Shown: one piece after another, positions 37,601 to 49,693 of the stretch | How positions within the stretch are numbered: the first letter of the stretch is position 1 | How the letters are laid out: every line of letters begins with the position of its first letter | The notes under the pieces: generated by a model | Databases searched by the model: none | Seen by the model: the letters and a program-made list of their open reading frames with translations, nothing else | What the model was told of the DNA's origin: nothing | Program-made: the position numbers and the translations under genes | Assembly: GCF_006345805.1 (NCBI RefSeq) | Contig: NC_043000.1 | Span: 127,348,001 to 127,412,000 of the forward strand | Direction of reading: 5' to 3' | From: Octopus sinensis | Taxonomy: Eukaryota | DNA length: 64,000 nt

Positions 37601-38762
37601 GTGTAATAAAAAAAATTGCAACAAAGATTGGCAGTTTTGCTTGCAGTGATGTGCACCATATGGCAAAAGGACTATGACAAGTGACATGTGGTAAGATGTT
37701 GTCAAACTGCCATGATAGTTTTGGGGAAAAAATAGATGCAAATCCTTGATGATTATGACACAACACACACACATATATGGTGTGTATGTGTGTGTCCAAC
37801 TCAAATCGACAAGGAAAACATACATTAAAATTATTACCATATTTAATGTTTGCATTCCATGCTAGCATGCATTGGATGGTTTGACAGGAGCTGGCAAGCC
37901 AGATTACTGCACTGGTACCATTGTCTGCTTTGACATGGTTTCTACAGCCCTTCTTAACACCAACCACTTTACAGTGTTAGCTGAATGCTTTTTATGTGGC
38001 ACCAACACCAGCAGGGTCACCAAGTAACTTGCAAGGCAAAAAAATCCCTCAGCTGGAAGAGAGAGTCGTACTGAGGCAAGTGGTTTTGTACCAAATGAGG
38101 GGTTAAAGTATAACAGAGAGGCAGAGAAAGGTGTCCTACTGTAGAGGTGATACCTGGGGTACCCCAGCTGGAAAAGAAAAGAGAGGAAAGTGAGGCAGAG
38201 TTACAGAGAAAGATAGAGTGACAGAGAGACAAAAAGAGAGGAAGAGAGATAGATGGTGTTGATGTATTGGGGGTGGGGCATAAGCACAAGGTATAGCGGG
38301 AGTGAATATAGTGGGACAGAGTGAGGTAGTGGGATATATTTTTTAAGAATGTGAAGGGAAATGTTTACAAATAAAGAAATGATTGTAAGTATATGGGAAA
38401 TGATTCATCATCATCATTTACCGTCCACTATCCATGAGAAATGAATATATATTTAATGAGCATGGCCAATGCCAGTGCTACCTGACTGGTACTCATACCG
38501 GCTGGCACATAAAAAGCACCATTTGAGCATGGCCATTGCTAGTGCTACCTGACTGGCTTCCGTGCCAGTAGCATATAAAAGCACCCACTACACTCTTGGA
38601 GTGTTTGGCATTAGGAAGAGCATCCGTCAGTAGAAAACTTGCCAAATCAGACTGGAAGCTAGTGCTGCCCCACCTTCCTGGCTTGCCAGTTCTCAGTCAA
38701 ACTGTCCAATCCATGCCAGCATGGAAAGCAGATGTTAAATAACAATGATGCTGATGATGATG

Positions 38763-38802
<40 letters not shown>

Positions 38803-41801
38803 ATTATTATATATATATATATTCTTTCATTCTTTTACTTGTTTCATTCATCTGACTGTGGCTATGCTGGAGCACTGCTTTTAGTTGAGCAAATTGATGC
38901 CAGGACTTATTCTTTGTAAGTCTAGTACTTATTCTATCAACCACTTTTGCCAAACCGCTAAGTTACGGGGACATAAGTACACCAGCATCGGTTGACAAGC
39001 GATGTGGGAAGGGGGAAAACAAAAGCACACAAACATATACACACACACAATAAGCTTCCAAGTAGTTTTCATCAAGCAAATTCATTCAAAAGGCATTGGC
39101 TGGGCCAAGATGTTGCACAATAGGACTCACCCCAAAACCACATGATCGCAAAGTGACCTTCAAAACCACACAACCATGCCTGCTTCTATGGCACATGTAT
39201 ACGCACACACACATTTAAAATGCACTGCTAGTGCCACTGGACTGGCTCCTATGCAGGTGGCACATAAAAAACACCATTTGAGCATGGCTGTTGCCAGTAC
39301 TGCCTGACTGGCCCTCGTGCCAGTGGCACATAAAGGCACCCACTACACTCTCAAAGTAGTTGGCGTTAGGAAGGATATCCAGCTGTAGAAACATTGCCAA
39401 ATCAGATTGGAGCCTGATGTAGCTATCTGGCTCACCAGTCCTCAGTCAAATCGTCCAACCCATGCCAGCATGGAAAGCGGACGTTAAACAATGATGATGA
39501 TGATACTACACATATTATGAGTGTGAGAGAGCACGTGTATATGATGTTTGCCAAGCATTTTAGAAGCTAAAATACATTAACATAACAACATTATAGCTAC
39601 TGGTCTAAATTAGACCACAGATTCCGTGCTTCCTATCATACAATACTTACATACATGTCAAACACAAAGAGCATAGCACACCTTTAATTGATAGCATTTG
39701 AGAAAAATTGTATAATCTCACACACATACATCTCTTACAAGCAAGCCCAAAACTTTTGCCATGTATCAATATAATGTATGTATTATGTGTTTGTAGGTGT
39801 GTGTAGGCAAGTGTGTATGCATATGCATGTGTATGTATGTGTGTATGTTTGCATGTATACACACATTTATATATATATATACACACACACACATAATTAC
39901 AAGTATACAGATATACACACACATATACACATATATATATATAGAGAGAGAGAGACAGGCAGTTAGGTATAGATACAAATGAATAAGTGAATGAACAGAT
40001 ATATAATTCAATTCAATTCGGTGAGTAAATATATGCACGTATCCATGCATATACATTCAGCCAGGTCTCCATAACTATAATTACATGTATATATTCACAG
40101 GTGTTCATACAGAATAATTAGTATAGATTTGGGAGATCCACAAATGTGAAACAATATCATTCTTAACACTGCTTATATTATAGAGATATACAGCAACAGC
40201 TTTTAAAATTATAATTACCTTTTTCTTTATTACTCCCTCAACACACCTGAAACATTCAAGTTAACATTGTCCTTATGTATTTCAATTACTTATTACTAAA
40301 TTTTGCACATATGTATTCTCTAAGATTAATAAGAAAAGATGAGTAAAAAAATTTCACTTTAATAGAGTTTATCTGCATTCTTCATGATTTAGAGGATAAG
40401 AATAGGCCTATCACTGACTTTTTCTTTTTATATGTCATAACAAAATATTACTAAATCTTGCACAAATGTGTCCTCTTAGATTAATATAAGAAGTAGTAAA
40501 ACTTTTGCAACAATAGCATTTATTGTTAGCATTAATTTTATGATTTTATGAATAGCATTAATTTTATGATTTCAAGATAAAGAGTTAGTATATGGCTTTT
40601 TTTTCTCTCTCTCTCTATCTCTCTCTCTCTCTCTCTCTCTCCCTCTCCTCTCTCTCTCTCTCTCTCTCTTTCAAAGCTGCTGAAATCACAAATCATTTTT
40701 GCAAGGCTCCAAAAAGTCCAAATTCTTGCATTATCTTCAGATTAGAGATAGTGGCCAAATGCTTGCAACAAGGCAAACTCTGCTAAAGGCGACCAACTGG
40801 TGGTTTTAAACTGGGTCAGGGGTTAAATTTATTATCCAACAATAGACAAAGTCCATCCATCAGGCTTCCACACAGTTTCTACTTGTCAAGTCTTACTCAC
40901 TAGACTTGGAGGAATCAAGTCTATTGTAGAAGACACTCAGCTCAAGTTACCATATAGTGGAATGAAACCTAGAATCCCCTTTGTGTTAACTACATAGCCA
41001 TGCCATACTAGGGAAAATAACTCCCATCACCAAAACACATCATCATCACAGACTGAGACTATCCATTTTGGATTTAAGATCTGTCTTAAAGTGTTAAGGT
41101 CACATCCCCTGGTGAAGAGGATTAACTTTCAAGAGTCTTGTGCTATGTAAAAAGAATTTGTGCTGGTGCCATGTCAGAGGCACTCATGCCAGTGCCGTGT
41201 AAAAATCAGTGGCAGTATATTAAAAGCACCCAACACACACTATAAAGTGGTTGGTACCAAGAGAAGCATCTAGCCATAGAAATCAAGCCAAATCAGACCA
41301 GAACCTAGTACAGCTTTCCAGCTTGCGAACTCTGGTAAGAACCATCCAACCCATGCCAGCATGGAAAACGGACATTAAAAATGATGATGAAGATGAAGAC
41401 GACAATGATGATGATGGTCACCCCCTTCACAAAAATTACAACAAATGCTTCTGCATGCATACATATATACACATACAGACATACACCCATGCGTGCCAAT
41501 GTATGTATGTGTGGATAAGATCATATGCATGTTTATATTGAATCAAAAATTGTCTGGAGTGTTTATAATATCTCTTATCTGTCACTTGTTTCAGTCATTA
41601 GACTGTGGCCATGCTGGGGTACCAACTTGAATTTTTGATCGAATGGATCAACTCCAGTACTTATTTTTGTTTTTCTTTTCTTAAGCCTGGTATATATTCT
41701 ATTGATCTCTATTGCCAAAGTGCTAAGTTATGGAGATGTAAACACATCAACACTGGTCATCAAGCAATGGAGGAGGACAGACACAACAGACACACACACA
41801 A

Positions 41802-41839
<38 letters not shown>

Positions 41840-42100
41840 CATATGAGATACACTTCTATATATATATATGAGATATATACATACTTATAAGATCCACTTC
41901 TAGCATAAGGGTTGTTCACATAGTGGTCACCCCTCTCATATGTATGTAATACAATTTTCTGAACCTTCAGATTTTAATATGCTAGACTACTGGTTTTAAA
42001 TTGATGTTAATCAAATTAATATCCAATTTTTCACCCTCATTTTAAATTTATATATATATATATATATATAATATATATATATATATGTACACACACACAT

Positions 42101-42211
42101 ATAATTGTTGAACAGGAGAGCAAACATTAAGGCAAGGCAAACATCTCAAGTCATATACAATAATAATATTGTATATGACTTAAGATGCTTGTGGTCCTGT
42201 TTAACAATTAT
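42101..42211. repeat. Fold-back made of two inverted 3' tails of the hammerhead-bearing short element
   Basis: Inner stem 42142-62/42167-87 pairs 20 of 21; outer stem 42101-17/42195-211 pairs 16 of 17. The arms match the tails at 2535-2580 and 63353-63398. Confidence 0.85.
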
Positions 42212-42351
42212 ATATCCACTGCATCAGAAATCTGCAATGGCTCCATTACTACTATCTTGGCCATAACCTTGGAGCCCTAGTAATCTGTTATAGCACTTAC
42301 CTAGCATACCTAATTGTTTAGATCACCTGTTAACTAAAGCCCATATTTTAT

Positions 42352-42402
<51 letters not shown>

Positions 42403-44412
42403 ATGGACTTCTTTTAGTTTCCATCTACTAAATCCACTCAAGCTATAGTAGGATACACTTGTCCAAGGTGCCATGCATGTGGTTTGAACCAGGAAGCATG
42501 TGGTTTGAAATTTCTTACTACCCAGACACGCCTGCACCTATATATTTTCACACACATATTTAAAAACATAACAAAAGAATTAAAAACACCTATTATCGTA
42601 AAAGTGAAAGTGAATTCTTAGAAAGCTAGTGAGTAGTTACACTGGCAAATAGTATATATATAAAATGTTTGTAAAGTTTATAAGCTAAATTGTCATAGCA
42701 AGAGATGTTTAACATTCAGGAGCAGGGCCCTTCATTAGGAAAATAAATAAAGGACTGCACTTGAAACATCAGACCTCTCCTGTTTTTCATGGCAGACTAA
42801 CTAATTTGTATTATAGACATAAAGATGGTCATAATTCTTAGGACTAATGACATTCTGGGTTAAATATAGTTGTGGTAAATGGTCTTCCATAACCAGAAAC
42901 AGTATATGATTGTGTGTGAGTTTTTGTACACTGTTATGTATGTGTACATATATACTTTTTACTCTTTTACTTCTTTCAGTCATTTGACTGTGGCCATGCT
43001 GGAGCACTGCCTTTAGTCGAGCAAATCAACCCCAGGACTTATTCTTTGTAAGCCTAGTACTTATTTTATCAGTCTCTTTTGTCGAACCACTAAGTTACGG
43101 GGACATAAACACACCAGCATCGGTTGTCAAGCGATGTTGGGGAGACAAACACAGACATACAAACGTATACACACGCATACATGTATGTATGTGTATATAT
43201 ATATATACATATATACGACGGGCTTCTTTCAGTTTTCGTCTACCAAATCCACTCACAAGGCTTTGGTCACAAGGCTATAGTAGAAGACACTTGCCCAAGG
43301 TGCCACGCAGAAGGACTGAACCCAGAGCCATGTGGTTGGTAAGTAAGCTACTTACCACACAGCCGTGTGTGTGTGTGTGTACATATATATGTATATATAC
43401 ATACATACATATATGTTTTGATGTATGTATGTATGCATGTATGTATGTGTATGTACATATATATATGTGTATATGTATATATATATGCATGTATGTGTAT
43501 GTACATATATATATTAATGTCTGTGTGTATGAGTACATATGAAGAAGTATTTAATATTTAATGTGAATAAATATAAGAGCACGACTATATATTTGTGGTA
43601 AGTATATATACAAGTACGTGTACAATAGAATGTTATATATATTAGTGCATATGAGCATGAAAATATATACGGGAATTATATAATATACGTTAGTGTCGTT
43701 ATATTTGTATTTATATTGTTGTGACTTAATTTACTTGTTGTGTGTGTGTGTGTGAATATTAATATAGATTTATGCATATTAATGTAGGCATGCATATATG
43801 TATGTATATAGATAAATTGAGAGACAAATAAATTGATGGAAACATATAGATATATAATGTGTGTAAGCATGCATGTTTGTGCGTATGTGTGTGTTTGTGT
43901 GTACATGTAAAATTTAATGCAAGTTCAGCTGAATAATTATATTATATATAATAATAGATAATATATATAATTTTATTTCAGATATCAATTTAGAAAATGT
44001 CAAAATTTAGTTCTGAAGTTTGTAGATATTTAATCATAATACCATGAAATAGTCTCCAAGAATACCTAACAACAGCCTTTGTATTCAACTCACCTAGCAT
44101 GATTTTATACACCCACTCCCCATCCACCTTCAACAGGCCACTCAGTTTTAATGACTAATAATTTCAACATCAATTTAAATATAATTAATCTATTCTTGCC
44201 CCTGGTTCTAAACATAACTCATTCACCTGCTCTTATCACTCCATAAATGTCTTTCTCTTAGCAGCTATATCTGAAAATTTACTCAGGTGAATAATCAACA
44301 TTACTCAGCATCAACACCTGTAAAATACAACACATTATAACTCATTTCTCAAGGAAACTGCATAGATTTTAGCGAAATGAATAACTATTATCTGTTACTT
44401 CTATTATGATTT

Positions 44413-44454
<42 letters not shown>

Positions 44455-44459
<5 letters not shown>

Positions 44460-44824
44460 TCCGCCTTAGCAAAAATATAGATATTGTTTTCAGTTGTGTT
44501 TGTCTGTTTGTTTGTTTGTTTGATTGTCCATGAACAAGATATTTCAAGAACTGCTGGATGGATTCGGATGAAACTGTCAGGGATGTTTGGCCTCATGACT
44601 GGCACAAAATGATTAGATTTTGGGATCGATCTGGATTCTGGATTATTTTTCCTGTCTTTTTACTTAATTTTTGAGTGCGTTCAGTTTCATTTTTAGTATT
44701 CTCATTTGTGAGAGCAGTCGAGTTTATTTCAAATATTCTCAACTTAAAAAGAATCTCTGGCTAATCATTGAGAGGACGTTGGTGTTACCTTGGCATAGAT
44801 TTGCACTCTGTGAGTGCTCTTGTT
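44455..44824 (+). mobile_element. Helentron-associated non-autonomous element (HINE/DINE-1-like)
   Basis: 5' TTACCTCCGCC, a (GTTT)n tract, decayed subterminal IR CCTTGGCATAGAT, 3' stem-loop GCACTC-TGT-GAGTGC (44803-17); inserted in a T-rich (ATT)n tract. Confidence 0.75.
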
Positions 44825-45101
44825 ATTATTATTATTATTATTATCATTATTAAGGCAGTGAGCTCACAGAATCTGGGCAAAATGCTTAGCAGCATTTTGC
44901 TCGTCCTTACATTCTGAGTTCAAATTCCACCAAGGTCAACTTTCAGGGTTGATGAAATAAGTACCAGTTATGCACAGGAGTCAATGCAATCAACTTAACC
45001 CCGCCCCTAAAATTTTATATATTTACATGTATATATGTATGTATCTATATTTCATATACTAAGCCCAAGTGTGTTTATTTGCATCACTATCTCTATATAT
45101 A

Positions 45102-46345
45102 CAGAGGTTGGACAAAATAATGGAAACACCTAGCATCACAGCATCATAATTTTGAAATATCTATAAAATCATCAAAAGCTTGTTTATTTTTATGTTTTTT
45201 TCATTTATTATTAGTGTTGCTTAATATGTTTGGCTAAAATTGCTCTTTCTTTTCAGATATCATCAGAAAAAGGTAATTAAAAGTCATTAAAATGACAGAT
45301 CTATCACACTTTCAAAGAGGTCAAAATGTTGGTGCTCGTATGGCAGGTGCTAGCATATTAAAAATAGCCGAAATGTTTGGTGTATCAAGAAGTGCTGTCT
45401 TGAAAGTAATGACAGCCTTTGAGAAAGAGGGAAAAACCTCCTCATTGAAACAAAACTCTGGAAGAAAACCAAAACATTTAGACAAGGACCGTTAGACTCT
45501 TACATGAATTGTTAGAAAAGATTACAAAAGTACAGCTCCCAAAATTACTGTAGAGCTTAATGACCACCTCAAGAACCCAGTTTCCACAAAACCTGTTCAC
45601 CAGGAGCTACACAAAGCCAGATTTCATGGGAGGGCTGCAATCCCACTACTTTCAAAAACAAATGTCGCAAAGCATTTAGAGTAGAGTAAAAACCTACAGA
45701 ATTGGTCCCTAGAGCAGTGGAAGAATGTTATTTTCTCAGACGAGTCATTCTTTAGCTTATTTCCAACCACCAGCCAAGTATACGTGTGGAGACAGCCAAA
45801 AGAAGCCTTCTTCCAAATGTTAAACATGGAGGAGGATCTGTAATGATGGGGTGGGGGCTATATGTTGGAAATCTGCTGGCCCAATGATTTCCTTTCATGA
45901 CAGAATTAATAGTCAAGACTATTTAAGCAATTTATCTGATCAAATTCATCCTATGGTTATGAAACTGTTTCTGGAGGGAAACGCAATCTTTCAGGATGAT
46001 AATGCACCAATTCACACAGCTAAAGTTGTTACTGAATGGCACAAGGAACATTCTAGTGAAGTTGAACATCTTATCTGGCCACCACAGTTCCCGAGATCTC
46101 AATATTATTGAACATTTAGGGTGCATTTTAGAAAAACAAGTAAGGAGTGAATATCCTCCACCATCATCACTGCAAGAGCTGGAGACTGTTTTAGCTGAAG
46201 AATGGACAAAAATTCCTTTGGAAACAATTAAAACTTTGTACGAGTCCATACCTTGTAGAATTCAAACTGTAATTACTGCCAAAGGCGGTTCTACCTCATA
46301 TTAAAATAAATTTGTTTGAAATTTTAAGGTATTGTCCAATCCCTG
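45102..46345 (+). mobile_element. Full-length (1244 bp) Tc1-like transposon with DD36E spacing, inactivated
   Basis: TA|CAGAGGTTGGACAA ... TTGTCCAATCCCTG|TA. Transposase 45292-46304 is broken by stops and frameshifts; motifs FSDES, QDDNAPIH, WPPQ(S)PDLNIIE. Confidence 0.9.
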
Positions 46346-47432
46346 TATATACACACATATATATATGACAAGTTGCTTTCAGTTTCTGTCTACCAAATCT
46401 ACTCACAAGGTTTTAGCGGACCTGGGACTATAATAGAAGACACTTGCCCAAGGTGCTATGCAATGGAACAGAGCACACAACCATGTGGTTGAGAAGCAAT
46501 CTTCTTAAGGCAGGATTGTCATGACTGGAATGTCTTTGAATACATGCCTGTTAAATCCAGACTGACCAGAAACTAAACAATAACAGCAATTTGTTTTTTC
46601 AAACTTTACACTTCTAATGGTGGCCCTAGGAGGAACAACCACCTGTTACAATACCTCAAAGCCTCAATATCGTTGCTATGGTGATATGTATCTTGTCTTT
46701 TCATGTATTCAGAAAGATGAAAAAGACCAAATGATTACAATGAAAAGAAAATGTTCTCTGTGAAATCAATAATGTCCTTTACTTGCCCTTGTATTTTATG
46801 AGGTTTGTAAATATCCATACATTTTAACTGAAATTACCACTGATTCTATTTTCATTTATGTTTAGTTTGTTTACTAAAAGAGAGATGAAAATTAAAAAAA
46901 TACCAGGCTGATAGAAGTACTGGGTAGTGAGGAGGACTGATATGACTGATTAAAACCCTTGAAGATGCTCCAGTATGGGCAGTGGGATGGGGAATAGTCA
47001 CTGAACTGAAATCAATAAGAATATAAAATAATGCATATGAGCATGTGTGTATGAGTTTGTTTATGTGTACAGAGATGCGTACATACTTTATATATATACA
47101 TATGTGTGTGTGTGTGTGTGTATACACACACATACATACATTCACAAATGACACATACACATATATACACAGATACATATTATCATTATTATTATTATTG
47201 AGAAGGAAAGTTAGCAGAACCATTAGCATGCTTCAGCTGTGTTTTATCCAACTTTATATTCTGAGTTCAAAATTTTCCAAGACTGACTTTACATTTTGTC
47301 CATTCAGGTTGATAAAATAAATACCAGTTGAGTACTGGAGCCGATGTGATCAACTTATCCTCCTCCCTTGAAATTGCTGGCCTTGTGCCAAGGTTTGAAA
47401 TCGACGTCATTGGTGTCGTCATCATCATCATT

Positions 47433-47717
47433 GAGTGAGAGAACAGTGCATGCTATCAAAGTGACACTGGGTAAAATATATGAAGCTCAGTATACCAATC
47501 ATGACTACCTGTCTGATAAGGGTACACCAGACATATACATCACAACCATATGTGCCCATCCCACTCAAAAGGATCCCTGAATAAGGATTGTTTAAGGATG
47601 TAGAATGAAACACCCAGTTTTCAAGAGGTGATCCCATATAAAGATAAACAGCCCATGACCTTGCAGGTGGGGCCCAGTTAGGATTTTCTTCAGGTAGAGT
47701 AGCCCATCCCACTCAAA
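47433..47717 (-). mobile_element. 557-bp element, truncated and internally permuted copy
   Basis: Consensus blocks occur out of order; a 14-bp end fragment repeats at 47729-42. Confidence 0.75.
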
Positions 47718-47754
47718 ATATTATTATTGAGTGAGAGAGCAGTTATCATCATCA

Positions 47755-47788
<34 letters not shown>

Positions 47789-47959
47789 GCAGCAGAAAGT
47801 TGTGTAAGTGACTCAATGGCTGAGAGTTTCATGCACAACACTTGCCAAAGTTTACCAGGTTGATAAATGTCATGCACAACACTCATACTTTGAACCACTT
47901 TTATAACCATTATCACAATTGAAATTATAAAAATAAGTATTTACACTCATTTACGGAGT

Positions 47960-48510
47960 TCCATTTATCCTGTTTCTTGGGTGATGACAGCTGTGCAAAG
48001 AAGTGTCACACCCTAACAATAGAGGGAACCTGTGGAAGAGGTAGACCCAGGAAGACATGGGATGAGGTGGTGAAGCACGACCTTTGCACATTGGGCCTCA
48101 CAGAGGCAACAACAACTAACCGAGACCTTTGGAAATATACTGTGCTTGAGAAGATTAAGCAAGCCAAGTGAGATCGTAGCTGTGACTGATGCTAGTGTAG
48201 CACAACTGACCTGTTTAAAAGTACCCTTCAATCATCGGGCAATATGCCATGCTTGTGTAGACCTGTTGAACCAAGTGAATCATAGTTATGGCCAATGCCA
48301 GTGCTATCTGATTGGCATCTATGCCTGTGGCACTTGAAAAGCATCCACTACACTCTCAGAATGGTTGGCTTTAGGAAGGGCATCCAGCTGCAGAAACCTT
48401 GCCAGATCAGACTGGAGCCTGGTGCAGCCTCCTGGCCTGCCTGTCCTCAATCAAACCATCCAACCCATGGCAGTATGGAAAACAGACATTAAATGATGAT
48501 GATGATGATG
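47960..48510 (+). mobile_element. RTE-clade LINE 3' end (ORF C-terminus, UTR, (GAT)n tail)
   Basis: KKCHTLTIEGTCGRGRPRKTWDEVVKHDL is an RTE C-terminal motif; tail CATTAAATGATGATGATG. Confidence 0.85.
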
Positions 48511-49325
48511 AATGATTATGATGATGATATTTCTTTATCTTTTACTTGTTTCAGTCATTAGACTGCAATCATGCTGGGGCACTGCATTGAAGGATTTTAG
48601 TCAAACAAATTGACCCCAGTATCTTTTTTCTTTAAAGCCTGGTACTTATTCTATCAGTGTCTTTTGCTGAACTGCTATGTTACAGGAATATAAACACACT
48701 AACACCGGTTGTCAAGCAGTGATGGGAGACAAACACAGATACAAAGACACACACAAATACACAAACTTCTTTCAGTTTCCATCTATCTACCAAATCTACT
48801 CACAGAGCTTTGGTCAGCCAGAGGTTGTAGTAGAGAACACCTGTCCAAGTTTCCACACAGTGGGATTGAACCTGGAACCATGTGATTGGGAAGCAAACTT
48901 CTTACCGCACAGCCAAGCCTGCACTTTATATGTGTGTGTGTGTGTGTGTAATACGTTTATATACATACATGGGAGTGTATAGGTAGGCATACCGTAAGTA
49001 TCACATGAATGTAATTATACTTAAGTCATTAAAATTATTAGCACATTAAATTAGTTAGCCTCATTTTTGATATTTTCAGTCATTTATCATATTAATACAT
49101 TTATCATAGCTATCATACTTTTATCGTAACTTAATTTATTTGATACAAAATAAATGAGTATTGCATACGTTTTCTTTTTTCATAACTGAATACCTACTTA
49201 AGCTCCACTCTGTGTATACATATATATAACAGGAAGCTTTACGAAAATAAACAAAAGACGAAGGCAGGTGGAGTATAAACAAACAATTGTATTAGTATGG
49301 CGCTCAGGAATAGAAATAAAACAAG

Positions 49326-49363
49326 TCTTTTACATTTCGAGCCTACGCTCTTCAACAGAAAGA
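49326..49363 (-). ncRNA. PLE-type minimal hammerhead variant (core CUGUUGA) in a short repeat at about 49225-49410
   Basis: Minus strand TCTTT-CTGTTGA-A-GAGC gtag GCTC-GAAA-TG-TA-AAAGA. Stem I 5 bp, stem II 4 bp; stem III ATGT is probably CpG-decayed ACGT; A6 is replaced by U. Confidence 0.65.
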
Positions 49364-49646
49364 TACACAGAAAAGAAACACGGAGAGAAACAAGGAGAGA
49401 AAAAAAATGCATGCAGGAGCTAACGAATCAACATGGCAATGTATGTATGTGTGTGTGTGTATGTTTGTGTGTCTGTGTATCTCCCCTCAACATCAATTGA
49501 CAACCAATGCTGGTTCGGCAAAAGAGACTGATAAAATAAGTACTACACTTCCAAAGAATAAGTCCTGGGGGGTTGATTTGCTCAACTAAAGGTGGTGCTC
49601 CGGCATGGCTGCAGTCAAATGACTGAAACAAGTAAAAGAGAAGAGA

Positions 49647-49693
<47 letters not shown>

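Noticed and set aside
36921-37967. ORFs of 159-250 aa, the longest outside transposons
   Set aside because: S/L/H/T-biased products of a GA/GT low-complexity tract, with no domain pattern.
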